DNA of 63,806 nucleotides, filler included, from Octopus bimaculoides (lineage: Eukaryota), in assembly GCF_001194135.2 (NCBI RefSeq). It is 9 parts of 9 records of this genome, joined end to end, with 100 filler letters (N's around TTAATTAATTAA, not from the genome) between each part and the next. Parts side by side here need not be neighbours in the genome. Positions count along the whole stretch, not along the records: positions 1 to 12,244 come from NC_068983.1; positions 12,345 to 19,216 come from NC_068987.1; 7 more parts are not named here. The stretch is one strand, 5' to 3'. Shown here in pieces: positions 1-12,988 of this stretch (within the stretch, counting starts at the first letter, position 1; every line of letters begins with the position of its first letter). The notes below the pieces were generated by a model. It worked only from the letters and a program-made list of their open reading frames with translations, did no database searches and was not told the DNA's origin. The position numbers were made by a program, and so were the translations under genes.

Positions 1-33
<33 letters not shown>

Positions 34-164
34 TCTTATATCTGTCTGTGTGTATATTCAGCTCTGTCGGCCTCTGTGCGTGTTTGTGTGGCAACATACT
101 CCTAGTTGTCCTACCGCGTTGCTTCAGTATTATATAAATATACGTGTGTTAGTGTGAGTGCCAC

Positions 165-380
165 TGTGTGTGTCCTTGTGCATGTGCTTTACCACCACCA
201 TCGTTTGACTACCAGTGTACAGATTTTTACGTCCCCGTAACTTAGTGGTTCGGCAAAATAGCCCGAAGGAATACGTATCTACCTGTGAACAATAAGTACT
301 GAGGTGGATTGATTCGACTAAAGATTGTTCGTTGAGGTGCTTGAGCATCACTGCAGCCGTAAGACTTATACTAATGAAAC
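165..380 (+). mobile_element. SINE family B, 3' half (degenerate)
   Basis: Similar to 9910-10101, 12378-12625 and the reverse complement of 60420-60620 (gtccccgtaacttag.ggttcggcaaaa ... tcgactaaag ... gagcat). Confidence 0.65.
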
Positions 381-653
381 AATATCCATACAAATATACA
401 TATACATACATGCATACATATGTGTGTGTGCGTGTGTATAAGATAAGAAATGGAGCAACACAAACACACCCATACTTGTGCGTGTTTTCAAAAATATAAG
501 GACACCGATATTGTGTCGTATAGCCAGCTAAAAACAATGTTTCTTGGGGTTAAAATAATAGTAACAATCGCCCCTTTCAGCACAGCCACGTTTTGTTGGC
601 AAATAGGCTTTACTTTAAAGAACTTTAACTGAATGTTTCTCCGAGAAGTTAGA

Positions 654-693
<40 letters not shown>

Positions 694-1547
694 TTAATAN
701 NNNNNNNNNNNNNNNNNNNNNNNNNNNNNNNNNNNNNNNNNNNNNNNNNNNNNNNNNNNNNNNNNNNNNNNNNNNNNNNNNNNNNNNNNNNNNNNNNNNN
801 NNNNNNNNNNNNNNNNNNNNNNNNNNNNNNNNNNNNNNNNNNNNNNNNNNNNNNNNNNNNNNNNNNNNNNNNNNNNNNNNNNNNNNNNNNNNNNNNNNNN
901 NNNNNNNNNNNNNNNNNNNNNNNNNNNNNNNNNNNNNNNNNNNNNNNNNNNNNNNNNNNNNNNNNNNNNNNNNNNNNNNNNNNNNNNNNNNNNNNNNNNN
1001 NNNNNNNNNNNNNNNNNNNNNNNNNNNNNNNNNNNNNNNNNNNNNNNNNNNNNNNNNNNNNNNNNNNNNNNNNNNNNNNNNNNNNNNNNNNNNNNNNNNN
1101 NNNNNNNNNNNNNNNNNNNNNNNNNNNNNNNNNNNNNNNNNNNNNNNNNNNNNNNNNNNNNNNNNNNNNNNNNNNNNNNNNNNNNNNNNNNNNNNNNNNN
1201 NNNNNNNNNNNNNNNNNNNNNNNNNNNNNNNNNNNNNNNNNNNNNNNNNNNNNNNNNNNNNNNNNNNNNNNNNNNNNNNNNNNNNNNNNNNNNNNNNNNN
1301 NNNNNNNNNNNNNNNNNNNNNNNNNNNNNNNNNNNNNNNNNNNNNNNNNNNNNNNNNNNNNNNNNNNNNNNNNNNNNNNNNNNNNNNNNNNNNNNNNNNN
1401 NNNNNNNNNNNNNNNNNNNNNNNNNNNNNNNNNNNNNNNNNNNNNNNNNNNNNNNNNNNNNNNNNNNNNNNNNNNNNNNNNNNNNNNNNNNNNNNNNNNN
1501 NNNNNNNNNNNNNNNNNNNNNNNNNNNNNNNNNNNNNNNNNNNNNNN

Positions 1548-1584
<37 letters not shown>

Positions 1585-2039
1585 TATACATACATATCTA
1601 AATCTTGTACAACTCTATATCTGTCTATCAGCCCTTTCACTCTTAATCGTTCATTCCACTCTTCGTTCTTTCGTTCCCCCTCTCTCACGTTTCCTTGCCT
1701 TCTCTTGTTGCTCACTTTCCCTCCACTTCTCACTTTACTGTGTCCTGTCATTTTTTCTCAGCCCCCTTAATTCTTTTGTCCGTGTGCCTCTACCTCTATT
1801 TCTTCTCTTCCCAGGTGACCGGCGTGGTAATTTTTGTTTCTTGGCCGGCCGTTGTCCGTGCAACATCTATATTCCTCCCTTTGCCTGTAAAATCTTGTAT
1901 CCCTACCGTAAGGCCTTATTTCCACACACGCCAGCTTAATTTAGTTCGTCCTTAGTCGAAATATTATGAAGAGGATATGTTTTAAAAAACGCCTAGAGAG
2001 CAGAGTTTCTCCAGTGCGTGGGAACGCAATAAAATATAT

Positions 2040-2950
2040 ATCACCAGGAAATTATTCTCTCCAAAAGCCAAGGTTGATCACAAACGCGCCTTTCTTTTCA
2101 ACATAGTAGGAATTACTATCGTAAAAATAAGTACAATAGTGGCAAAAACTCGTCTAGCACCATATACAAAATCTATAGTAACTGATCGATTTAACTGCGA
2201 AATCTAGTAAAGCTCTTATGGAAAATCTACACCAAGAAACTGAAGGCTCTTGCAAATCGAAAAAAGAGAACTCAGAAGGACTCAATCAGTCTCGAATACT
2301 CTGCCTGTTAAATTTCAAATGCAAGGGTTTTCCATACATCATTTCCATGTGATTAACATTGTCTCTACTCCGCAATGAGTATGTTGACACAAATCCCCAA
2401 ACAGCAGGATTTCCAGGATACTCAAAATTTTTTAGCATAATTGAGATATCAGCATTTTCACTAAGTACGCAAAACGGAATAAGAGGAAACGTACAGAAAA
2501 GGGCAACACAAGAACTTTAGTCTGCAGGGACTTCATGAATATGATAACGTTCACGACACATTCAGTGAAATATACACGTTAGAAACTGTGGTTACTGAGG
2601 TATAATGTCACGTACAGAATTTCACCCAAGGAAATTCTTGCAAGCTAACTAATCCAGGCAAACATCTTTGGCATTCAGAGGACTTCTCTATGTGTCAGTG
2701 TGGTTAACCCATCAGATGACTTCCCAACTTTGTCTAGCATTTCTGTCATGGAATTTTTCTCGGCCTCCGAGTTGAGAGTAATCAGCACGTTGCTAGCGTC
2801 TGAGTATGAAAAAATCAGACACACCAACAAGATTTCAAATAGAGCCACAAGAAGACTCAGAGCTCAGTGATAGTAGCAGATGCAGAATGAAAGCACCAAA
2901 ACATTAATGAGATATGCTGGCATGTTGGGTAACAATATTTACAGCAATAC
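2040..2950 (+). pseudogene. Highly decayed REL-type non-LTR retrotransposon RT fragment (HERO/NeSL-like)
   Basis: Frameshifted translation gives LRNLVKLLWKIY, ENSEGLNQSRILCLLNFKCKGF..LT..LLRNEYVDTNPQTAGFPG and YAKRNKR, resembling the HERO-type RT pattern PKEENS..I.QFR.ISLLNVEGKIF..L..YLL.N.YIDTSVQK.G.PG; many stops. Confidence 0.55.
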
Positions 2951-3499
2951 CAATGCCCGTGGCCATTGTGTAGAGGGTCCCAGATACAACAGAAATATCA
3001 ATATGTAAAAACGGTATTGCTTGTTCTGTTGGTGAGATACGCTTGGAAACAAGATATACAAGCAAATGATATACGCAAAGTTCAGCTTATACTTAGAAAC
3101 GTGCATATATGCACATACACAAACATGCGCATATATATACATATAATTTCATAGAGATACATGCGCACACACACACTCACTTACTCACTGGCTGACTGAC
3201 TCACTGACTCACTCACTCCCTCAATGACACACGCAGACACATAATGTATAAGTGTGTACAGGATGAAATTCAACGCAGTATCTGACTTTCAAAACAAGAT
3301 TTTAATAATACCGTCTATGTGGCATGATAGAGTTCAGAACGCAGTAGTTACACAAGAATTTTCATTACCCAAAACCATGCGAAACGTATTTCGTTTTGAA
3401 AATAGGAATATAAGTATTAACATTTGTTTTCAATATTCAGACCATGTGATTTTTTTTTTTTTTAATGCGTCAGTATATTTAAGGACACAATTATATCGT

Positions 3500-3688
3500 T
3501 TTCTACTCTAAACACAAGGCCCGAAATGTTTAGGGAAGATCGACCCCAGTATGCAACTGGTTCTTAGTTTATCGATTTCGAAAGAATGAAAGCAAAGTCT
3601 ACCTCGGCGGAAATTGAACTCGGAACGTAAAGACAGACGAAATATCGCTACAATTTCGCTCGGCGCGCTAACGTTTCTGCTAGCTGAT
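3500..3688 (-). mobile_element. tRNA-derived SINE family A
   Basis: Shares body aaagtc.acctcggcgga.ttgaactc.gaacgtaa..cagacgaaata with 18022-18237, 49262-49405, 51770-52294, 55720-56100 and 56153-56368. Confidence 0.8.
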
Positions 3689-3829
3689 CACGTTCACACA
3701 ATTATATCCTGACAATATGAATATTTATATAACATTAACGTATTACTTTAACAACGAGACTAAAGCATGTTGTTTCCTCAAATTATTGTAGCTTTTGAAT
3801 GATGCTTCCTTGCTATGTAGGTCAGCAGT

Positions 3830-3985
3830 CCTATATTGCCTCGAAACAGAATGCCACTCTGTCGCCGGACTACTCATTTACTGCTGAGTAAACCACCAGA
3901 TATGAAGCGTTTCTTTCTCAAAAACACAACACACCGCCTGACTTGGAGTATTGCGATCGGGAGTGCAACATTCTAACCATTAGAT
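3830..3985 (-). mobile_element. tRNA-derived SINE family C (degenerate)
   Basis: Minus strand has A-box-like tggttagaatgttgcactc, then gtgttgtgttttgagaagaaac and ctcagc...aaatgagta as in 17481-17685. Confidence 0.55.
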
Positions 3986-4225
3986 ACATAAAGCTGAAGC
4001 ACCTGCCGTGTCTCACGGAAAGTCAAATACATCTACATACGCGCGCAGAAATGCACACTCTTACTCAAATAAGGATATATAGGCAATCATGCACATACAG
4101 ACATGTGACATTTTGCTTATAACAAAGCAATGAACATTTTTGAGGATTAAATCATAAATATCTGGAATAAATTGTTAGTCATGATACAAACGTAACAAAT
4201 AGGAAATATATATACACCTCTATAG

Positions 4226-4284
4226 CGTTACGTATTGGTGTTCCTTCTGTGGAATCCTTCCAATGGAATACGTCTTTCACTTTT
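4226..4284 (+). CDS. Weak candidate internal exon (59 nt)
   Basis: cctctatAG acceptor and GTAAGT donor; all three frames open (e.g. LRIGVPSVESFQWNTSFTF); no recognisable homology. Confidence 0.15.
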
Positions 4285-4691
4285 GTAAGTCTTATATAAG
4301 TCTCAATTCAGGAATTAAAAAAATCGTAGTGTTATACGAAAAATATATGTATGTAAAAGTTGTGTCCGACTGAAAAACAGTATCATACAAAAATACAGTA
4401 CTGGATAATTCGCCACCGAAAACTATTTGCACATCATATTATTCGACCTTCAACATTATATGTCTTTGCACTATGTATCGTAATATTTCATTTTCAATGG
4501 TCGTTCGTTTATCCTCAACTTAACACATCAGTGTCTAATACATAACTTATCTGTCAATCTGCCCGTCTCTCTGTCTATCAAAGACTGTATATAGCACTCT
4601 GTCTCTACTCTATCTGTCTATATCTTTATCTATCTACTTATTTCTCTCTCTCTCTCTTCTCTCTCGTGTTATAGACACACACACACACACA

Positions 4692-4737
<46 letters not shown>

Positions 4738-5159
4738 CAAATGTACTTACGTATATACAGATATAAAAATATAACGCACCACATATCATTATAGAAAGGG
4801 GGAAACATACTGTATTTTAAATAAAACAGACAATTCAAAATTTCAACAGAATATATATAAAAATATAAATTATAAAAAAAATTAATAAAAATGTACATTA
4901 TTAGTTTAAAATCTATTTATTTATTTTTTCCGTCATAAATTTTCTGATAGAATCTCTTTATTAGACTTTCGATATTCAATGACTGCACTGGTTAGTGCTG
5001 GATGACTTAAAACGTCATATTTTATTAATATTATAGAACTGATAAAAACCACCTTCGTATACTTCCATCCCGCCGTGGAATTAAGAAATAATAGACCAGA
5101 TCGAAGAAAGATAAATTAAATTAAATAAAAAAAAACAAAGCATTTTTTAAAAATAATTT

Positions 5160-5470
5160 AATATCGCTCCATTGCTACTAAATCTACTACTAGTACTACA
5201 AAAACTGGTGCCACTCCTACTCCTTCTACTTACCCTCCTCCTCCTCCTCCTCCTCCTACTACTACTACTACTACTNNNNNNNNNNCTTCTACTTACCCTC
5301 CTCCTCCTCCTCCTCCTCCTACTACTACTACTACTACTACTACTACGACTACTACTACTACTACTACTACTACTGCAACTGCTACTGCTTCTGCATTTGC
5401 TTCTATAGCTGCTGTTACCGCAGTAACTATTGCAACTACTACTGCTGTCACCACCACCACCACCACCACC

Positions 5471-5510
<40 letters not shown>

Positions 5511-5530
5511 TTACTACTACTACTACTAAC
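5160..5530. repeat. Compound trinucleotide microsatellite (CTA/CCT/CCA)
   Basis: Direct reading; explains the poly-L/V/S ORFs. Confidence 0.95.
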
Positions 5531-6346
5531 AGTCGTGATCAAGATTCAAAAACAAATCTTGAGTAATAATAAAGATANNNNNNNNNNNNNNNNNNNNNNN
5601 NNNNNNNNNNNNNNNNNNNNNNNNNNNNNNNNNNNNNNNNNNNNNNNNNNNNNNNNNNNNNNNNNNNNNNNNNNNNNNNNNNNNNNNNNNNNNNNNNNNN
5701 NNNNNNNNNNNNNNNNNNNNNNNNNNNNNNNNNNNNNNNNNNNNNNNNNNNNNNNNNNNNNNNNNNNNNNNNNNNNNNNNNNNNNNNNNNNNNNNNNNNN
5801 NNNNNNNNNNNNNNNNNNNNNNNNNNNNNNNNNNNNNNNNNNNNNNNNNNNNNNNNNNNNNNNNNNNNNNNNNNNNNNNNNNNNNNNNNNNNNNNNNNNN
5901 NNNNNNNNNNNNNNNNNNNNNNNNNNNNNNNNNNNNNNNNNNNNNNNNNNNNNNNNNNNNNNNNNNNNNNNNNNNNNNNNNNNNNNNNNNNNNNNNNNNN
6001 NNNNNNNNNNNNNNNNNNNNNNNNNNNNNNNNNNNNNNNNNNNNNNNNNNNNNNNNNNNNNNNNNNNNNNNNNNNNNNNNNNNNNNNNNNNNNNNNNNNN
6101 NNNNNNNNNNNNNNNNNNNNNNNNNNNNNNNNNNNNNNNNTGCAAAAATATAAAACAATAAATATTTCTATTATCAATAATGCCATCAATGAAAATGGAG
6201 TTAATTTAGATGATGACGATGGTGATAATGATGATGGTGTTGATAACGACGACGACGACGACGACGACGACATTGATGATGATGGTGGCGATGTTTGTGG
6301 TGAAAATATTATAATAAATGTTCCCGTTGTTGCTGTTGTTCTTGTT

Positions 6347-6450
<104 letters not shown>

Positions 6451-7177
6451 TCTAGTATTATCATTAATATTATTTAGACAATAATATTATTAACAATAAA
6501 CAAAAAGAAGCCAGAAGTTTTACAAAATTAAAAATGAAAAAGGAATAAAATAACTTCTGTTTCTATTAATATATGATGAAAACCAGTTCTGTTAAACGTA
6601 TCATTTATTAATATTGGCAATATTCACATCAGCCGCCATCTTTCTAATCACTCCCAATTTATATATCGTAAACATTTTTATAAGCAGAATTATGTCTCTA
6701 AATTTTTTTTGGTTTTTGTTTTTATATTACTATCTCTACTGTATTATATTTATTTTGTCATTTAGCTCGTATCTCTATGTTTTAATTTATTTTATTCAGT
6801 GAGCGTATTTTTGATGCCTCACTCGTTTTCTTCTGTTTTTTTTTTTCTGTGTGTGTTTCATTGTTAATTAGATGATAAACACTTAGATATAATATTATCG
6901 AAAATTAGTAAAACGTTCACTGATCTAAATGAGATTATCGTTATGTTTAATAAGTTGCTAAGTGCAATAGAGATTTTCACTTCTCTTGTCTGTCTCAATA
7001 TTAGTAACAAATACCGAGGTAGATATATGCAGACATGAACAGCGGAGAAATCTATCATGATTTTGTAATTGTTAATGTTGCTTTTATTACTATTACTTGC
7101 TAGAAATAAATACTGCTGCTAATATGATTATTATTGTTGTTGCGTTCGTGCTATTGTTATAGTTGCTCAGTTATTGC

Positions 7178-7234
<57 letters not shown>

Positions 7235-9543
7235 ATGGGCTATGTGTAGGACGTGCACAGACGTAGTCTGAAAGTTTTAAAGCAATGAGAAAAATTACGC
7301 AGATAGGAAATAAAAAAAGAAATTCCCTGAATCGTATATAGTAAGCAAGTGCTACTGAATTGTAAGTTTATATAATATTTCCATCATATTAAATTATTGT
7401 TAGTTTCCAGTGTTAGTTTTTCTCAAAATGTCTTATGTTCAATTTCGTTGCAAATTCGTCTTTTGTGTATGGTCCATTCTTTTCTGTCCAACTCCGTATA
7501 AGTCATATGGGCTACTGTTTTGGTAGTCATTCATAATACGAGGTGAACAGATGATGAGGAAAAGGGCATGAACGATTAAACTACTGAATGTCAGCTACTT
7601 CCTCACTTTTCCTGGAACATAACGGACACGAAAGCCACCAGGAACATTTGAAGAGAAATGTTGCCACTTTTATAGCAACAAATTTGGCAGTTCCAACATT
7701 TGCAACAACGACGAAAAAACGACAAACTCTTATGAAGTAACATCGGGTGTGAATATTAAGTAAGATTTTACATCGCTTAAGGCAACAACTGCTGAGGAAT
7801 AGTTGCAGCTTTATCAAATCTACCTTCAACAAGTATGACAACCACCAGCAACACTGATTTGATTGATACAACAGTCAATGAATCGACATCAAAATTTAAG
7901 AAGATCAGCAAAATCCGAGAAGGGCAACTTTGAAGGCAAGGAATAGGAATATAGATGTGCAATATCTGGCCCTTTCATAGACATAACCAGTAAGTCAGAG
8001 TAAGCGGAAGTAAACATATTAAAAGCGGGAGGAAAAAAAAAATGTATGACTAATTCTGAAAATTGGATAGGACCGTCACCCTAGTCGAATCAGAGAGCTG
8101 AAATGCATATGGATATATGCAGATAATATGTAGACGTGAATAAAAAGGCAATACCAGCTTACAGATTGTCCGTACCTGCATAAGTGCAGTGAGAAATCAC
8201 ATTTTTGACACTTACGAAGTAGGTGATTTGAGTCAGAAGAGATCCCATTTCTCACACTAAAGGAAATGAAAAGCAGGTCAATTGCATAGATGGAAGTGAC
8301 GACTTTCACTCAGTACTTCACATGTATGCTGGCCAGTGGTGAAAGTGAACGCGATATTTGCTGCCACAGTAAAGCATCTCGTAGCTAGTAGATATCACTT
8401 TCGACTACCAGACGGATGAGGCAGCAGCTGTTTCGGAAGGGTATAAGCTATAACATATTCCAAGCTGTTTGAGCTTTTACGAATAGTAGTGAAATAGTAT
8501 TCACTCTCCTTGATAATGTAGTCTTAAGTGTATATCTATCTCTCTCTCTCTATATATATATATATAGATATATATATATATAGATATATAATATTATATT
8601 ATATTATATAAATAGGTTTAAAAGAAAAAAAGACTATACGCAGTATAAATAGGGGGAAAGTAAAAAGAAAACAGAAAAATGCACATTAGATATTAAAAAA
8701 TAAAGGCTTTTTTAAAAAGAACCAAAAGTAAATCCATACAATTGGATTATTATGAATCCTTATAAAGATTGAAAGTCTTACCGGTATGGTCAGACATCAT
8801 CACAGACTTTGAATGAACACTGATTTCCAAACGTACCTGATAGTACCTGAGTGAAAATATTACATGCAAGGGAGGTAAGCAATCCTGGAAGTGATGCAAT
8901 TAAGGTAGATATAAATGCTGAAATATGAATGGTGCAAGGGGATGTATGGAGATTAGCGGGATTATTGGTAAGGTTAGTAGAGTCAAGTATTACATTGCGT
9001 GTTCATGTTGACTTGTGGATATTTATTAATGAAAGTTGCCCCATTTATTTAATCTTTGTTGAACTGAGGCGTTCTGTGAACATTGATAAAAAAGGAAAGT
9101 AAAGAAGTTCGATTTAAGGTTTCTATATATATATATATATATATACAAAATTAACAGGAATGTGTCCATTTTAGTGGTCATTCTTCTCTTAATTTTGTAT
9201 GTAACACAATTTTTAATCTTCGGATTTTTTAAATATGCTAAGCCACTAGTTTTAATTGATCAATATCAATTTGTACCCTTATTATTTAATACATATATNN
9301 NNNNNNNNNNNNNNNNNNNNNNNNNNNNNNNNNNNNNNNNNNNNNNNNNNNNNNNNNNNNNNNNNNNNNNNNNNNNNNNNNNNNNNNNNNNNNNNNNNNN
9401 NNNNNNNNNNNNNNNNNNNNNNNNNNNNNNNNNNNNNNNNNNNNNNNNNNNNNNNNNNNNNNNNNNNNNNNNNNNNNNNNNNNNNNNNNNNNNNNNNNNN
9501 TATACATATCTGTAAAAATATGTGACACTTATTCGGTAGGCAT

Positions 9544-9604
9544 GATAAAACTCCGAATTTCCGATGCCGGGGTGGGAACCTACGCTTATATCTCTTCAGT
9601 TATC
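9544..9604 (-). ncRNA. Type I hammerhead ribozyme motif (Penelope-type, extended helix II)
   Basis: Minus strand: GAUAA-CUGAAGA-GAU-[24 nt]-AUC-G-GAAA-U-UCGGA-GUU-UUAUC. Helix I GAUAA/UUAUC is a perfect 5 bp, the CUGANGA and GAAA boxes are intact, the cleavage triplet is GUU; one extra G before GAAA. Confidence 0.65.
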
Positions 9605-9909
9605 CGGCCATTGAACATTCCTGTGAAAAATGACCCCTTATAAAAGAAAGCTTTCCATCCCATGCGCTTAATGAGGTATGTACTATCACCGTCATCCCTG
9701 ATTGCCTCGGATACCACCACCACCACCATCACCACTACCACCACCATCATCATCACTCTCGCTTCCGCTTCTATAACACCTACAGCTCATAGTATTACTC
9801 TCACCCCATCATGAGGAATAGTAGAAGTATCAATGAATAGTGACAGAAGGGGTGAAAGTGTGACACACTGACACACATAAATTTGTGTTGGCATTTATTA
9901 TTATAGATG

Positions 9910-10101
9910 TATATGCTTGTCCGTTTGTTCCCCCCTCCATCGCTTGACAACTGATGCTAGTGTGTTTAATTTCCGTAAATTAGCGGTTCGGTAAAAGGGG
10001 CGGATAGAATAAGTTCTAGGCTTACAAAGAATAAGTCTTGGGGTCGATTTCCTCGACTAAAGGTGGTGTTCCAGCATAGATGCAGTCAAAGGACTGAAAC
10101 A
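9910..10101 (+). mobile_element. SINE family B, 3' half
   Basis: catcgcttgacaac.gatgct.gtgtgttta...ggcttacaaagaataagtc.tggggtcgattt..tcgactaaagg.ggtg.tccagcat. Confidence 0.8.
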
Positions 10102-10878
10102 NNNNNNNNNNTATATGCATGTATGTATATTTCTATAAAAATATATTGTCTGTGTGTAGGAATGTATTTTTCCTTCAATGTAGCTAGTATTCTTAAGATT
10201 ACCAATAATTTTTATTGCTACAAGGAAGAAACATCAAAATCAGCAGAACACATTATATTGGATATAGCAATTCAACACTATCAATCTGCTTTGAGCGAGG
10301 TAGAGCAGACAGCTCTATTTCCAAGTCATGTTTACCATGTCGTCAGCTTTGACGAAGAAGTAATTTAAACAAAGGCAATCAAATTGGGGTCATCTCTGCA
10401 TTTTCCGTATCAGGTAGGGTAAATTGCGATTTTAGTGAGATTTGCCTGCTTTTTGTAACTGACTGAGTGACGACATAGATATTCACATGTATAAAACATA
10501 CGTGCACGCTGAATGATTGCTAAAAGACTTGCAGTATGTTCTGTAATGCAGACTTTCAGAATTCCAACCACAAAAATACATATGATCTGTCTTTGAATCT
10601 GTTGCCATAGATACACGTATCAATAGAAAATAGGATAAGATTTAATATGATTTGATGACTGAAAAGACGTGGTAGTAGTGATGACAAGATTTAAAATAAT
10701 GTTGCCTTCAGGATAAATCGCACGAGATAATGAATGATGGAGCTGGTGGTGGTGGTGATGACGACTATATCTACAATGATGATGATGATGATGATGATGC
10801 GTCATCATGATTTCGACAACCATGATGATGTTAACGACGATGATGATAAGGGTGATTATGAGTTTGGTAATGTAGTAG

Positions 10879-10959
<81 letters not shown>

Positions 10960-11479
10960 AAGTAGTAGTATTAGTAGCTTTCTCATGCATGTAGTTAAGC
11001 CACACGTCTCCACAAACTCATTCTCTCTCACACACACACACAAATACACACAAACACACTCATATACAGTGTGGACTGGCTAAATTTTAGAGGTTACATA
11101 AAAGTACAATAACACGCAGTGTGCTATTCAAAATTTAATATATATTTAAAGTAAAAGGAATCGAAATCGACTAGGTTATATATGTGAGATAACAGTGTAT
11201 TGAAAATAGACGCTCTTAGCTTCCACCATGGGATCAATGGACTCCGAAACTTGTCGCATGCTTTCCTAACCGTGTTCTTGACAAGATCTTTTATCACCTA
11301 TTTTATTTTGGTCACCTTAAGACGACGACTTCATAGAGTAAATTGCAGCTGCTAATGTCACGTCTATACCTCATTAATATATTTCTTAGAGTATGAAGCA
11401 GCACCCATACTGACAACATTTTGATATCCGGCACGAATTCTCATGATACAAGTAACACTATGCAAACAATTTGATGGCC

Positions 11480-11880
11480 TGCTGTCCGTCATGCCTGTTA
11501 ACGTAAATCGTGGTCAAATTCAGTAAGACGATGTTTATCAAACACGACTGACCATGTGGGCAAACTGCTCGATCTCGACAATTACAGCTGGATGTGGTCT
11601 ATTGGTTATTTTTGCGATTTATAATGTTCTCCATATTGGTCCACAGCTGTATGATACTTTTATTGGGCGCCTCTCAAAAAAAATTCCTGTATTTGTGATT
11701 TCTTGGGAAATATTTATCTAAAAGAGATATGAATTTCTTGCCTACGATAGTCATTGAGGGAGAATAGTGGGACAAACCAAATCTTTTCTGAGGTCTATTT
11801 TGTGTTCTACTTTTACGATTCATATTTTTACTTAAAGAGTTGTAATAAGCTGCAAGCTTGTGTATATTTATTGTAGGTGG
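11480..11880 (-). pseudogene. Penelope-like element fragment (RT C-terminal linker to Cys-rich region before GIY-YIG)
   Basis: Translation VGKKFISLLDKYFPRNHKYRNFF..IKVSYSC and CNCRDRAVCP fits the PLE pattern NIGK.FL.LIDKHFP..H...KIFNRNTIKVSYSC...CNCR..CP; frameshifts. Confidence 0.75.
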
Positions 11881-11885
11881 CTGCA

Positions 11886-12240
11886 TCTATATATATAAAA
11901 ATGAGAATGTGTGTCTGACTGTCTGTCTGTCTGTGTGAATCCCTAAAACTCGAGAACTACGCAACCAATTTCATTCAAATTTTACACATGCCTTACTTAG
12001 GGTTCCAGTTGTGTTTTAGTAAAAAAAAAAATATTAACTTCTTGCAGAGTTCGAGCACACGGCAACATAATATCTCCTCCACTATTTAAGTATTACGTGT
12101 CAAAAGTGAAACAAAAACACTCATGTCAAATACTTTCACTTTAAAAATGAAACTATTCCACTAACTGAAACAATCACATTTCGATACTGTAGTGACAGAT
12201 ACTTTCACAGAGAGAGAAAGAGAGAAAGAGAGAGACAGAA
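11886..12240 (+). mobile_element. Non-autonomous Helitron-like element, 5' end
   Basis: Starts A|TCTATATATATAAAAATGAGAATG followed by (GTCT)n, as in non-autonomous Helitrons; interrupts the PLE fragment; 3' end runs into a join. Confidence 0.55.
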
Positions 12241-12244
12241 AGAG

Positions 12245-12344
12245 NNNNNNNNNNNNNNNNNNNNNNNNNNNNNNNNNNNNNNNNNNNNTTAATTAATTAA
12301 NNNNNNNNNNNNNNNNNNNNNNNNNNNNNNNNNNNNNNNNNNNN
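12245..12344. other. Assembly join (44N-TTAATTAATTAA-44N)
   Basis: Fixed 100-bp cassette with a six-frame stop palindrome. Confidence 0.97.
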
Positions 12345-12346
12345 AT

Positions 12347-12377
<31 letters not shown>

Positions 12378-12625
12378 CGTGTGTGTATATGTTTGTGTGT
12401 CTGTGTTTGTCCACCATAATATCGCTTGACAACCGATAGAATAAGTTCTAGGCTTACAAAGATTAAGTCCTGGGATTGATTTGATCGACTAAAGGCAGTG
12501 CTCCAGCATGGCTGCAGTCAAATGACTGAAACAAGTAAAAGAATAAAAGAATATATATACATATGGTGGTGCCCCAGCATGGCCACAGCTCATGAGCTGA
12601 AACTAGATAAAATAAAATGAAAATG
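12378..12625 (+). mobile_element. SINE family B, 3' half with duplicated terminal segment
   Basis: gcagtgctccagcatggctgcagtcaaatgactgaaac followed by a second ggtggtgccccagcatggccacagctcatgagctgaaac. Confidence 0.8.
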
Positions 12626-12956
12626 AAATATGAAAACTTATATATGTATATATATGTCCGTCATTCTGTATACTTTAGACATGAAATAGAAACTTGCTAA
12701 ATTACAATAGATCGACGATTAATTAGGGGTTGTTGTGACGAGTATGCCGTTCTGAATTGAGGCATAACCAGGAAATTTAAAATGAAAGTAAGATTTGACT
12801 CGGTGACGCCATTATCTTATGAAAACTCTCATTTACCTTTATATGTATTATTACATGTGAATTCTCTCTCCCACCTCTCTCTTAATCCCTGCATATAAAT
12901 TTATATATACAAATATATACAATGTGTGTGTATGCACGCATACATACATACATACA

Positions 12957-12988
<32 letters not shown>

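Noticed and set aside
488-1751. Long ORFs spanning N runs (also at 5.4-6.3, 12.9-13.9, 24.6-25.6, 35.6-36.4, 46.3-46.9, 48.1-49.1 and 56.3-57.3 kb)
   Set aside because: Open only because N codons contain no stops
5223-5345. Duplicated cttctacttaccctcc... block around a 10-N gap
   Set aside because: Typical unresolved contig overlap in a microsatellite
7500-8450. High-complexity block with a faint hAT-like ESERDI peptide
   Set aside because: Stops in all frames and no convincing motif series; left unassigned
10141-10368. ORF ...KEETSKSAEHIILDIAIQHYQSALSE
   Set aside because: No recognisable domain and a weak donor site
11222-11258. gga..tccGAAACttGTC hammerhead-like 3' half
   Set aside because: No CUGANGA box and no helix I
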